Assembly (NCBI GenBank): GCA_036391435.1
Contig: DASVZX010000144.1
Coordinates: 1-63,224 of the forward strand
DNA: 63,224 nt
From: Anaeromyxobacter sp.
GTDB lineage: Bacteria; Myxococcota; Myxococcia; Myxococcales; Anaeromyxobacteraceae
Reading direction: 5' to 3'
The notes under the pieces were generated by a model. It worked only from the letters and a program-made list of their open reading frames with translations. It ran no database searches and was not told the origin of the DNA. A program made the translations under genes and the position numbers. Within the stretch, counting starts at the first letter, position 1; each line of letters opens with the position of its first letter. Below are positions 10,098 through 20,134 of the stretch, piece by piece.

Positions 10098-10550
10098 CTA
10101 CGTCCACAGCCGCTCACGGATCTTCAGAAGGCGGAGGAGCATCTCTTGGTCCTGCTCCTCCGCCTTCTTCCACGCGGCCATCCACTTCCGTTTCGCGGCG
10201 GGCGACCTCCAACTCGACCGCCACGCCCACAGACGACGGTTCTGACCGATGGGAGTCCTCGTCTCGACGAGGTGCCCCGGGCGGGAGAGACGTTCGGCTT
10301 TCTTCTGCACGTCGCGGCGCCCGCGCTTCCACCATGCGTGGAGGGCCTCGATCTCGCGCGAGACCTTGGGCTCCCACTTCACGGGGCCGGGGTACTCCGT
10401 CTTGTAGAACTCTTCGAAGAGCTTGAAGCAGGCGAAAAGAATCCTGACGTCCGTGTCCAGGTACCCGCCACGGTAGCCGTTACCGCGAAGGTCGACGAGA
10501 TGGTAGGCCACTCGGGCTCCTCTCTTCCTGGGGTGCCGCGTAATCGCCAT
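10098..10550 (-). CDS. Hypothetical protein (phage-like, Trp/Lys-rich helical)
   Basis: Protein-like ORF ending EQDQEMLLRLLKIRERLWT; ATG at 10550 is preferred. Confidence 0.55.
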   Translation of the reverse strand: MAITRHPRKRGARVAYHLVDLRGNGYRGGYLDTDVRILFACFKLFEEFYKTEYPGPVKWEPKVSREIEALHAWWKRGRRDVQKKAERLSRPGHLVETRTPIGQNRRLWAWRSSWRSPAAKRKWMAAWKKAEEQDQEMLLRLLKIRERLWT

Positions 10551-10992
10551 GGGAGTCTCTTCTAGATCTCCTCCCAGCAGATTCTCTGGGTCGCGCTCGC
10601 CCGTTTCCACGAAGGCCTCAGTGATGCGCCGGACAGTTCGTAGGGCAGGCAGTAGGGCCTGGGCACTTCGGTCGCCGTATCGGCAACCAGAAACGACTGC
10701 ACTCCTTCCGAGCTCACGGCGTCACGCGCAGTGGCCATGAGATACGGCGGAGCACCACCTGCAGGACTGAGCTGGACGCACCCCTCCGTCCGTGTTCGCC
10801 GACGAACTCGACGAAGAACGGTGGTCGGCTTCGAACGGCGGCCAAGATCTCGCCCAGCTCCGCGGAGCTGGTGATCACGCGGCCACTCAGCGGGTGTTTC
10901 GGGTCCTGTCTGTAAAAGAACTGCGACTTCACGGTCAGCTCCATGAGCAGTGATCGGTACCCCGTGGATTCCCTACCGCAACCGGAAGCACA

Positions 10993-11907
10993 TCAGGCCC
11001 AAGGGCCTCCAGGCCGCCACATTCGCTCGAATCGTGTCCCGCGTCGTGCCGCTTCGAGCGGCTCGAGAGCGAAACGCGCCACGGCGTGGACGAGTTCGGG
11101 GAACGGCGGCAGTTCGACTCGAACACGGGTCCGCTTCAGGAATCCCTTCCACTGGGCCAGCTTCTCGGGCGCCCCGAAGAACTGGTCTGAGAACGCGGCA
11201 GGTGGCTCGGCGGGAATAGCCATGCCTCTTCGCGCGAAGGTCGCCCCGACCCCTGAGACGAGCTGCGGCCCATCGAACTCGAACTGCGACGCGAGCGTGA
11301 ACAGGTCGAAGAAGTCCTTGAGTCGGCTATTGGCAAGACCAAGTTCCACCGTCGCCTGGAGCTTCTCGGCTACGACCGTGTAGCGCGAGTACGCCTTCAC
11401 ATGCGGCCTCGCGAACTCCAGGAGAGAGGGGTACTCGATGGTCGCAGGCGGCGGCACGACCACGTCGCCGTACCCGACGTCCACCTGGAGCCCGATCACC
11501 GCACCGGCGATTCGCGCCTGGAGCTTCACTCGCGTCCCGAGGTAGCGCTGATCCTGTCGGATGAGCTCGGCGCGGACCGTCGCCGGATCGAAGTCGATCC
11601 CATCCGACTCGACCGCCACCTGGCACACGTCCTTGAACAGCGCCGCAGCCCGTTCCGGCGAGGCATCTCCGCGGCCGAGAAGGTCGAGGTCGCGCGTGGC
11701 ACGGAACGCGTCGGGCAGCCAGACCGCGACCAGCATCGCACCCTTCAGGACGAACCGGTCCGCGTGGGGAGAGACCGACAGCCGGTAGAGGAGGCGCTCG
11801 AGCGCGAAGCGGGTCAGGACGAGCTCGAAGTCCTCTCCTCGTGCCTTGGCGAGGTTCAGGAGGCGCTGGCGGACCGATGCGCCGAGATTCGTGACGTCCT
11901 TCTTCAG
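10993..11907 (-). CDS. abiEii: AbiEii/AbiGii-family nucleotidyltransferase toxin (type IV TA)
   Basis: GASVRQRLLNLA..FALERLLYRLS..FVLKGAML..RATRDLDLLG..EKLQA..NSRLKDFFD. Homology extends to a CTG overlapping the antitoxin stop. Confidence 0.88.
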   Translation of the reverse strand: MKKDVTNLGASVRQRLLNLAKARGEDFELVLTRFALERLLYRLSVSPHADRFVLKGAMLVAVWLPDAFRATRDLDLLGRGDASPERAAALFKDVCQVAVESDGIDFDPATVRAELIRQDQRYLGTRVKLQARIAGAVIGLQVDVGYGDVVVPPPATIEYPSLLEFARPHVKAYSRYTVVAEKLQATVELGLANSRLKDFFDLFTLASQFEFDGPQLVSGVGATFARRGMAIPAEPPAAFSDQFFGAPEKLAQWKGFLKRTRVRVELPPFPELVHAVARFALEPLEAARRGTRFERMWRPGGPWA

Positions 11908-12503
11908 GACAGCGCCTCCAGGTACGGCCGCATCACGCGGGCGACCCTGCAGATCTGGGCGTAGCGCAGCAGCTCGTCTACGCTGCCCCGACGCCGGCGG
12001 TAGTCTCGGAGCGCCTCGATCGCGACGTCGAGGCCGATCTTGTTCCGGAACTTGAAGCAGTCGGCCATGGTCTTCGCCGGACCGTAGACCCGGACCCTGA
12101 CGCCTTCGAGGACGCGCTCCTCGATCCCGCTGGTCAGTGCCGGGCCGGACATCCGGACGATCTCGAGCGGCGGGCCGGCGGCGACGGGCCGGCGCGCCTT
12201 CACGCCGATCGCGATCCAGACGGCCGGCGGCATCTGGGTCGTGAGGCCGTGGAGCCGGAGCGCGGAGAGGAGGCAGATGACGCCGCCCCGGACGTGGCAG
12301 GCGGCCTCCACGAGCGTCCGGTCGGCCGTCGCCGACCCGTTCGCGAGCGAGTACAGCCCCCGGCCCACGCGGACGAGCGCGCCGTTCCGGACGAGGCGCG
12401 TCAGGTAGATGGGGGCGATCCCCTGCGCCCGGACGTCACCGGGCCGGATGACGCCGGTGCGGCGGGCCAGCGAAAGGACCTTCTGGGCAGCGTGAGTGGT
12501 CAT
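11904..12503 (-). CDS. abiEi: AbiEi-family antitoxin / transcriptional regulator
   Basis: wHTH LTRLVRNGALVRVGRGLY; ICLLSALRLHGLTTQMP..KTMADCFKFRNKIGLDVAIEAL. Confidence 0.92.
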   Translation of the reverse strand: MTTHAAQKVLSLARRTGVIRPGDVRAQGIAPIYLTRLVRNGALVRVGRGLYSLANGSATADRTLVEAACHVRGGVICLLSALRLHGLTTQMPPAVWIAIGVKARRPVAAGPPLEIVRMSGPALTSGIEERVLEGVRVRVYGPAKTMADCFKFRNKIGLDVAIEALRDYRRRRGSVDELLRYAQICRVARVMRPYLEALS

Positions 12504-12549
12504 GTTCCTAAACGTCGGTATATCCTACTAAGTACCGACATTCCAGAAC
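12504..12549 (-). promoter_or_regulatory. Imperfect inverted-repeat operator overlapping the putative abiE promoter
   Basis: GTTC..GTCGGTA-N12-TACCGAC..GAAC directly upstream of the abiEi ATG, with TAGGAT (minus strand) in the spacer. Confidence 0.65.
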
Positions 12550-12596
12550 GACGCCGCGGCAGACGACCGAGCGAGCCCCAACGACTTAAACGCCAC

Positions 12597-13142
12597 TCAT
12601 CCCAGACGAGGCTTGAGCGATTCAACGATCGACGAAGGGTCTCGTCGACGTTGAAGACTCGAATCGTGCGCCCGCCGTGGTCGAACGCAACCACCCCGTT
12701 TCCGAAGCCCCAGTACCTCATGCTCCCCGCAAACGAGAAGGGCTGGAGTGGAGCAGCAGCGACGCGAAATGCCCGGATCTGATCGAGAGGATACTCGCGC
12801 GTGCGACCCATCCCGAACACGAGCTGGCGGATCGTCAGCGCCCGACCGCTGATCTCGAGCGTCTCGCGCCCGAATGCATTCCATGCGAAGGCGGCGGTCA
12901 CCAGGACTCCGGCGAACGTCCAGAAGAGGAGCCATAGGGCGAGAAATCCCGTGGGGGTGGGCGAATTGGAGATCTCGGGGGCTCCCATCAGCGTGCGGAT
13001 CGCGGTGATCTCGCCGAATGCCCAGCCGGCGAGCCACACGGGAAGGAAGAGCAGCATCGGCCAGTTCCTCGGAATCGGCACCGTGACCCGAATCCCCCCC
13101 GGGGATGGATTCGGTGACCGCGCGAGCGCGACGCTTGGACAT
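12597..13142 (-). pseudogene. Two-TM membrane protein, apparently frameshifted
   Basis: Protein-like core (RNWPMLLFLPVWLAGWAFGE..WNAFGRE) is in one frame, while the plausible N- and C-termini are in another; a homopolymer run lies near 13094-13100. Confidence 0.5.
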
Positions 13143-13301
13143 GACTTCATCATTCCACCGATCTGTCCTCGGTGGACATGCTCGGCGCCCCGTCGGCGAC
13201 GACGACCCGCGCTCAAGGGCTGGCCTTGTACCTCGGACTGTTCGCGTTCAACTACTGGGCCGTCAGGGGGCGGGGCAGATGGGACGCCCTGCGCCTAGGC
13301 T

Positions 13302-14228
13302 CTAGGAACCGAGGAGCCGGTTGAGGTCGACTGCGATCCCCGCGGCGTGCAATTCCTTCGCGAGTTGAAATCGCCACGCCCCCGCGTCGTCCATTCGCGT
13401 GTAGATGACTCCCTGAATGTCAGACGGGATCTCGAGCGGGCCCTTATGCAGGGCGCAGACGTGGTCGCGACCGAGCTTTCCTACGAAGAACCCCAGCTCG
13501 AACCAGACGTTCTGTCGCGCGCGGGGCTGAAGGTCGGACTCCGTCTTCGCGCGACCAACGTCATCGGGGGTTAGAAGGACGACCGCGAACAGGACGTCCG
13601 AATGGTGCTCGAACTTCTCGATCACCGTCTGGCCGCGGTTTGCCTGCTCATGGAGGACGACTGCCTCCACGCCGAGTTGCTGCAGCATGCGCGCGGTCGC
13701 CTCGCGTGCCGCACCGTCGTGACCGTGAACCACGAAAGCCGCTCGTCGCTGCGCTCCTGCCGTGCGGGCCGGGAGCGCGGTAGCGGGGTCCGGCGACTCG
13801 GGCTCACCGTATACCTCAAGCCGCTGGCGAAGCTGCTCGAGCCAGACCACCTTCGCGTCGAATCGATCGCGGAGCCTCTTTTCCTCGCGAGAGGCGCTCC
13901 CATCGAAATCCGCGAGGAAGTCGCCACGCCGAGCCGCCAACGACGGTGACCGGCTCATGCTGATGACCGGTGCCGGCCCGCAGTAGCGGTACGAGTCCGC
14001 CACGGACGAGTCCGTGAACATGCGGGCAAGCAGCTCAGCGTTATAACGATCCCACCCCTCGAACGCCTGCTCCACAGACGGCTCGCCAGGTGCCCCGAAT
14101 CGCGAGCGCACCTCGGAAGCCTTGTCTAGCCGCGCCGCGAGCTTCGCGTCCGCCTCCTGTCGCGACATCGTCAGCGCTGCGGGGGAACGCGGCTCCTCTG
14201 GCGGCGGTCTCTTCGTGCTCCTGGCCAT
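13302..14228 (-). CDS. TIR-like nucleotide-binding domain protein (PF10137/CAP12-type TIR) with helical N-terminal domain
   Basis: FVVHGHD..VLHEQANRGQTVIEKFE..FAVVLLTPDD..RARQNVWFELGFF..EIPSDIQGVIY. Confidence 0.9.
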   Translation of the reverse strand: MARSTKRPPPEEPRSPAALTMSRQEADAKLAARLDKASEVRSRFGAPGEPSVEQAFEGWDRYNAELLARMFTDSSVADSYRYCGPAPVISMSRSPSLAARRGDFLADFDGSASREEKRLRDRFDAKVVWLEQLRQRLEVYGEPESPDPATALPARTAGAQRRAAFVVHGHDGAAREATARMLQQLGVEAVVLHEQANRGQTVIEKFEHHSDVLFAVVLLTPDDVGRAKTESDLQPRARQNVWFELGFFVGKLGRDHVCALHKGPLEIPSDIQGVIYTRMDDAGAWRFQLAKELHAAGIAVDLNRLLGS

Positions 14229-14336
14229 AGCGGGCGTCCTCTAAGCGGTATCCGGAACGTGAACGTTGCGACCCAGGATGTTACTCCCCGGAATCGGCGG
14301 GCCCGCTTCCGGTCGACGGAGCCGGCCCTCCTCCTC

Positions 14337-14681
14337 TCAGGGCGGGATGGCCTTCCATGCGAAGTACGCGGCGAGCGCCCCCGCGACGACCGCGAGGGCT
14401 CCGACAACGAGAGTCGCCCACAGGACGAGGGATGTATTGCGCTCGCGGACTTCCTGCTCGACGGCGGCGATCCGCGACCCAAGCCAATCGATCCGAATGA
14501 GCCAGGCCGGCCCTGCTTCGCGGCGGGTCTTCTCTATGTCCGCCAGCAACGCCGCACGAGCCTGCGCAAGCTCGCGCCGCGACAGACTCGTGACGTCGTC
14601 TCGCGTGAGTGGGCGTCCGCCATTGAGAACGTTGCGGACGCGAGGGGGCAGGCTGGGATCGGGGGCGCTCACCGGCGCCAC
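14337..14681 (-). CDS. Small hypothetical protein with C-terminal TM helix
   Basis: Coiled segment followed by LVLWATLVVGALAVVAGALAAYFAW. Confidence 0.45.
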   Translation of the reverse strand: MAPVSAPDPSLPPRVRNVLNGGRPLTRDDVTSLSRRELAQARAALLADIEKTRREAGPAWLIRIDWLGSRIAAVEQEVRERNTSLVLWATLVVGALAVVAGALAAYFAWKAIPP

Positions 14682-14760
14682 GGATACCTAGCATCACGCC
14701 CTGACGCGCTCCTGCCCAACCCGGCGCGAAAACGCACCGCAAGACGCACCGCGCGGCCCG

Positions 14761-14806
14761 AAAAGGCAGGGCCCGTCACCTGAAATCGTCCCAAGTGACG
14801 GGCCCT
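14761..14806 (-). terminator. Hairpin downstream of the tRNA-fragment att copy
   Basis: AGGGCCCGTCAC / GTGACGGGCCCT 12-bp arms, followed by TTTT on the minus strand. Confidence 0.55.
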
Positions 14807-14808
14807 TG

Positions 14809-14855
14809 GATGGTCGGGGCGACTGGATTTGAACCAGCGACCACTTGCACCCCAA
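14809..14855. repeat. att core copy (duplicated 3' end of tRNA-Pro)
   Basis: GATGGTCGGGGCGACTGGATTTGAACCAGCGACCACTTGCACCCCAA, identical to 24810-24856. Confidence 0.97.
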
Positions 14856-15188
14856 TCCCGCTCGCACGATCAGTCAACGTCCGTCGATCTTAGCAACGCT
14901 TCGCAATCAGGCGGAAAACCGGAGTCGGCACGCCCGATGCTCATGCTGCATTTCGCCGGCTTTCGCCCAGCGTTTAATGCACCGGTAATGCAAGCCGATG
15001 TGACCGCGGGTGCGGGCCGACTGCTCACCGTGAAGGAGGTGGCCGCCCGGCTGAGGACGTCCACGGCGATGGTCTACACGCTGTGCGCGCGCGGCTCCCT
15101 GGGTCACGTGCGCATCTCCACGAACGCGATCCGCGTCCCCGAGGGGGAGCTCTCGCTGTTCATCGGGCGGCGCCTCGTCCCGCGCTGA
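14856..15188 (+). CDS. Displaced C-terminal segment of the integrase with an excisionase-like HTH (HTH_17)
   Basis: Same reading frame through the att core as int (WSGRLDLNQRPLAPQ); LLTVKEVAARLRTSTAMVYTLCARGSLGHVRISTNAIRV. Confidence 0.8.
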   Translation, partial: SRSHDQSTSVDLSNASQSGGKPESARPMLMLHFAGFRPAFNAPVMQADVTAGAGRLLTVKEVAARLRTSTAMVYTLCARGSLGHVRISTNAIRVPEGELSLFIGRRLVPR

Positions 15189-15255
15189 GGTGACCTGCCC
15201 CCCGCCTGGGCGGTGGGGGGCCGCGGCCGGTGCGCGACGACGGGATCGATGCCCT

Positions 15256-15597
15256 TCAGCGATCGATGCCCGACTGCTGCGAGGCGGCGTCGGCGCGCGC
15301 CTCCGCAGCAGAGGCGTTGCTCCCGGCAGTGTCCGCCTCGGACGACGTGGTGGCGGCGTCCGCCTCCAGAGTCTCCGCGTGGTGGTCGCTGAGGTCGGCA
15401 CGGTATCGCCGCGTGGCTGCGCCGTGCGCGTCCGGGTCTGCGTCGGCCTCGCGGCGCTCGGCGTCGGCGGTCCTGCGGAACTTCTCGGCGGCACGGGTCG
15501 TCGCAGCCGCTCGTTCGCGAAGCGCCTGCTCCTCCTCACGGTGCGCGTCCGCGGTCTCGAGGGCACGCCTCCCGAGCTCTTCACGTTTCGGTGCCAT
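15256..15597 (-). CDS. Ala/Glu-rich helical hypothetical protein
   Basis: ATG-started 113-aa low-complexity hydrophilic ORF downstream of the kinase. Confidence 0.45.
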   Translation of the reverse strand: MAPKREELGRRALETADAHREEEQALRERAAATTRAAEKFRRTADAERREADADPDAHGAATRRYRADLSDHHAETLEADAATTSSEADTAGSNASAAEARADAASQQSGIDR

Positions 15598-15694
15598 GGG
15601 GCGAACTTCCGTCGCTCGACGACCGGACGCCAGTCCGGGATCGGAAGCCGGAGGTCACGCCGCCGCTCTCCCGTGCGTTCCTGCGCCGACGGCG

Positions 15695-17347
15695 TCAGCG
15701 GTCGCCCGCGAGCAGCGCGAGCAACGCGCCGCGGTCCGCCGGCTTCGCGAGGTGGGCGTCGAACCCTGCTTCACGGCAACGCTCGCGGTCCTCGGGCTGA
15801 GCGTACCCGCTGAGGGCGACGAGGCGCGTGTGGCGCAGGGCCTCGTCTTGCCGGATCTCGCGCGCGACCTCGTACCCGTCCCGATCCGGCAGGCCGATGT
15901 CGCAGAGCACGACATCCGGGCTGAGCCGCCGGACGAGCTCCACGCCCGACCGCCCGTCCCTCGCGATCTCGACCCGGTGCCCGTCGAGCGCGAGCACGTC
16001 GGCGAGCGACGACGCCTGGTCCTCGTTGTCCTCGATGATCACGACCGAGCGGGGGGGCGCCTTCGCGGCCACCGCCACCGGCCTCGTCGACGTGCCCGCG
16101 GCGAGCGGAAGGCTCATCACGAACTCCGAGCCTCGCCCGAGGCCCTCGCTCGCCCCGACGACCCAGCCCCCGTGCAGCTCGGCGAGGCTCTTGGAGAGCG
16201 CGAGGCCGAGCCCGAGACCCCCGGCGGTCCTCGCGAGCCCCTGCTCCGCCTGAGCGAACGGCTCGAAGAGGTGCGCGAGGTCGTCGGGCGCGATGCCCAG
16301 GCCGGTGTCGCGAACGCGGAGCTCGGCGCGCCCCGACGCGTGGGCGACCGCGACCGCGACGGAGCCACCGGCGGGAGTGAACTTCGCCGCGTTGTGGAGC
16401 AGGTTCCCCGCGATCTGGCCCAGGCGCGCCGGGTCGCCGCGGACGTTGACGGGGCCCGCCGGAGTGGTGACGTGGAGCTGCAGGCCGCGCTGCTCGAACG
16501 TGTCGCGATAGTCCTCACAGGTCCGCCGGACGACGTCGCGCAGATCGACGAGCTCGAGCTTCAGGTCCACCTTGCCCTTCTCGACGCGGGTCAGGTCGAG
16601 CAGGTCGTCCACGAGCCGGGTGAGCTGGGTCGTCTGCCTCCGGATGACGGCTCGCGCCCGGGTCGCCTCCGCGCTTCCGGACGGGACGTGCTCGAGCACG
16701 TAGACCGCGTTCGCGATCGGCGCGAGGGGGTTCCGGAGCTCGTGCGAGAGCACCGCGAGGAAGGCGCTCTTGCGGCGGTCCAGCTCCCGGAGCTGGGCGG
16801 CCGCGAGCGCCTCGGTGACGTCGGTGAGCGTGACCCGGCAGCGCCACTCCGCCGACCGGGCCGGCGTCTCGGGGACGGCGTCGACGCGCAGGTGGACCTC
16901 TCGCTCGGCCACCGCGAGCGTGATGTCGCAGGAGCCCCGCTCCTCGCGCTGCAGCTCCGCGATGAGCTTCTTGAGCGCCGGGCGCGTCCCTGGCGTGACC
17001 CATGATGTGAAGCGCTGGCCGACGAGGCGCGCGCGATCCACGCCGAGCATGTCCGCCGCGGTCAGGTTGATCTCGAGGATCGTGCTACTCGCGTCGAGCG
17101 TGACGTAGCCCACCGGCGCGAAGTCGTAGAGCTCCGCGTAGCGGGTGACGCTCGCCTCGAGCTCGTCGCGAGCGCGCTGGAGCGCCTCGTTCTGGAGCTC
17201 CAGCTCGATCTCGTGGACCTGAAGCTCGTGGGCGAGCCGCAGCACCTCCTCGCTCGCCTCGACGCGCGGCCCTGCGGGCCGGCCCCGCAGCCGCTCCTCG
17301 GCCTTTCGCCGCAACGTCCGCGATCCCCTCTCGTCGGCGTCGCTCAT
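15695..17347 (-). CDS. Hybrid sensor histidine kinase (PAS-HisKA-HATPase-REC)
   Basis: HELQVHEIELELQN, YDFAPVGY (PAS), LSHELRNPL, NLLHNAAKFT, GLGLGL, C-terminal receiver; ATGA overlap with cheBR. Confidence 0.93.
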   Translation of the reverse strand: MSDADERGSRTLRRKAEERLRGRPAGPRVEASEEVLRLAHELQVHEIELELQNEALQRARDELEASVTRYAELYDFAPVGYVTLDASSTILEINLTAADMLGVDRARLVGQRFTSWVTPGTRPALKKLIAELQREERGSCDITLAVAEREVHLRVDAVPETPARSAEWRCRVTLTDVTEALAAAQLRELDRRKSAFLAVLSHELRNPLAPIANAVYVLEHVPSGSAEATRARAVIRRQTTQLTRLVDDLLDLTRVEKGKVDLKLELVDLRDVVRRTCEDYRDTFEQRGLQLHVTTPAGPVNVRGDPARLGQIAGNLLHNAAKFTPAGGSVAVAVAHASGRAELRVRDTGLGIAPDDLAHLFEPFAQAEQGLARTAGGLGLGLALSKSLAELHGGWVVGASEGLGRGSEFVMSLPLAAGTSTRPVAVAAKAPPRSVVIIEDNEDQASSLADVLALDGHRVEIARDGRSGVELVRRLSPDVVLCDIGLPDRDGYEVAREIRQDEALRHTRLVALSGYAQPEDRERCREAGFDAHLAKPADRGALLALLAGDR

Positions 17348-20134
17348 GGCGGGACTCCGCGGCTCCGCTCGTCGCCATCCGTCGCCACGACACGCCAGCT
17401 GGCGAGGTCGTCGGCGCGCGCGGAGGTGATGGCCTCCAGCACGGTCTCGCGCGGCAGCGCCCGGCCGTTCCCGTCCACCACCGCGAGGCCCGCCGGGAGG
17501 CGCTCGAGGAACGCCCCGAACCGCTCGCGGCTCGAGCGCAGCTCCGCCTCGAGGCGCTTGGCGGCGGTGATGTCCATGAAGGTGATCACCACGCCGTCGA
17601 TGACGTCGTCGACCGTCCGGTAGGGGAGGATGCGCGTCGAGAACCACCGGCCGTCGCTCGTCGAGACCTCCCGCTCCACATGGACGAGCGTCTTCAGCAC
17701 CTCTGCCACCGCGTCGGGCAGCCCGGGGAAGTCGAGATCCGTGGTGATGTCCGTGATGGGCCGGCCGAGGTCGCTCGGGATGAGGCGGAGAAGGCGCGTG
17801 GTCCGCTCGGTGAAGCGCCGGATGCTCAGGTCGCCGTCGAGGAAGAGGGTGGCGATCTCGGTGCTGTCGAGCAGGTTCCGCATGTCGTTGCTCGCGCGCG
17901 AGAGCTCGTCCACCTTCGCCTGCAGCTCGGCGTTCACGGTCTGGAGCTCCTCGTTCGTCGACTGCATCTCCTCCTTCGACGTCGTCAGCTCCTCGTTGGT
18001 CGACTGCAGCTCCTCGTTCGCGGACTGGAGCTCCTCGTTCGCCGACCGCAGCTCCTCCTCGGTGCCCTGCATGTCCTCCCGGGCGTTGCGCAGCTCCTCC
18101 TGGAGGCGCATGTTCTCGCGCTCCAGCTCTGCGGCCCGTGGCGGGCTGGCGCGAGTCCCGCTTCGGCGCACCTTGCCGGGCTTGGGTAGCGGGGGCGCCT
18201 CGCGGAAGACCACGAGGCACGTGCCCCGGAGCGAGTCGGGCTCCCGGATCGGCTTGACCGTGACGTCGACGTCCGCGGTCGCTCCGTCCGTCGAGACGGT
18301 GAGCCCGCGGACGCCGACGGCGCGACCTTGCCGCAGCGCCTTCTGCAGCGCGCTGGAGAGCCCGTAACGGAGGCCCTCGCGCGCCATGGCGAAGAGGTTC
18401 CAGTTCGCCTTCCCGGCGGCCGCCTCCAGGTACCTCGCGATGCGGCCGTTCGTGTAGAGGATGTCGCCCGAGTCGTTGACGAGTACCGCCACCGGACCGA
18501 ACTGCCGGAGGAGCAGCTCGTCGGCGGAAGCCTGCAGGCTCGCGGTCGCCTTGGTCCGGCCGGGCCGGAGCGCGGCGGGCGCCGACGCCTCGCGGAAGAA
18601 CGACTGGAGCCCGAAGGCCTCGGACCGCGCTGTGGCCTCCTTCCGCTGGTAGATCCTGGCCTTCTGGTCCACGGGGGCGAAGAGGCTCGTCTGGCCGGAG
18701 AGGGTCTCCGCCGTGCCGAGGAAGAGGACTCCGCCCGGGTTCAGGCTGTAATGAAAGAGCGGGATGAGCCGCCGCTGCAGGTCCGCCTCGAGGTAGATGA
18801 GGAGGTTCCGGCAGAGGACGAGGTCCATCTTCGTGAACGGCGGGTCCCTGGTCACGTCCTGCTGCGCGAGGACCACAGAGTCGCGGATCTCCTTGCTCAC
18901 GCGGAACGCGCCCTCGCGCTCCTTCACGAAGAACCGCCGGAGCCGCGTGGGGTTCACGTCGGAGGCGATGTTCGCCGGGTACTCGGCGCGGCGCGCCCTG
19001 GCGATGGCGTGGGGATCGAGATCGGTCGCGAAGATCTGGAGCGAGTAGCCCACCTTCGGCCGGAGCTTCTCCAGCGCCTCGCGGAACACGATGGCGAGGG
19101 AGTACGCCTCCTCGCCGGTCGAGCACCCGGCGACCCACGCGCGGAGCTGCCCGCCGTTCGGCCGTGCCGCGATCAGGGCGGGGATCGCCTCGTCGCGCAG
19201 CACGTCCCAGGCGGCCGGGTCGCGGAAGAAGCTCGTCACGCCGATGAGGAGCTCGGCGAAGAGCAGCTCCTGCTCCACCGGATTCGCGTTCAGGTACCGG
19301 AGGTACAGCAGCGGCCGGGTGATCTTCTGGAGCGCCATCCGCCGCGCGACGCGCCGCTGGATGGTGCTCTTCTTGTACTGGGAGAAGTCGCACCCGCGCC
19401 GTGAACGGAGCAGGAGCACGATCTTGTCGAGCACGCTCGCCGTCTGCGGCTCCGGCTCGGCGTCGGGGGGCGGCGCCCGCGGTCCGTCGCCGAGGGCGGC
19501 CAGGAGGCGCGCGGGCAGCTCCTGCGCCGGCGCGACGGCGTCGACGAGCCGGGTGTCGATCGCGCTCCGGGGCATGCTGTCGAACTTGGCCGAGGAGGGC
19601 TCCTGAACCAGCACGAGACCGCCGGCCTCCTTCACCGCCTTGAGTCCCAGGGTTCCGTCCGTCCCCATGCCCGAGAGGATGACCGCGACGGCGGCGGATC
19701 CCTGGTCCTGCGCGAGCGCCCGCAGGAACAGGTCGATCGGGAGCCGCAGGCCGCGCGGGGAGGCGGGCTCGGCGACGTGGAGCACGCCGCCGAGGATCGA
19801 GAGGTCCGTGTTCGGCGCGATGACGTAGACGTGGTCGGCCTCGACGCGCGTCCCGTCCTTCACCTGCGCCACGGGCATGCGCGTACCGCGCTGGAGCAGC
19901 TCGGGCATCGCGCCCTCGTGCGTCGGGTCGAGGTGCTGGACGACGACGAAGGCGAGGCGGCTCGCGTCCGGCACGCCGGACAGGAACTGCTCGATCGCCT
20001 CGAGCCCACCCGCCGACGCGCCGATCGCCACGATCGTGGGCGTCCCGGGCTGCGGGCGCGGGGGGGGGGGGCGAGGCAGCCGACGTGCGGCCGCGGCGAC
20101 GCGTGGGACCCTTGCGGCTGGCTGGCCGTCTCAT
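17344..20134 (-). CDS. cheBR: CheB-CheR fusion (methylesterase/methyltransferase, coiled coil, PAS); 5' end out of frame at a C12 tract
   Basis: AIGASAGG, VVQHLDP, LSGMGTDG, VTSFFRD, AGCSTGEEAYS, CRNLLIY and NEELQS repeats. The ATG at 20134 is in a different frame from the 17344-20031 ORF. Confidence 0.88.

Noticed and set aside
10714-10944. Possible immunity-protein (Imm1-like) fragment
   Set aside because: Only the first ~50 aa look protein-like; the resemblance is too weak to call.
14809-14855. Second tRNA gene
   Set aside because: Only the 3' ~45 nt is present; it is the att duplication.
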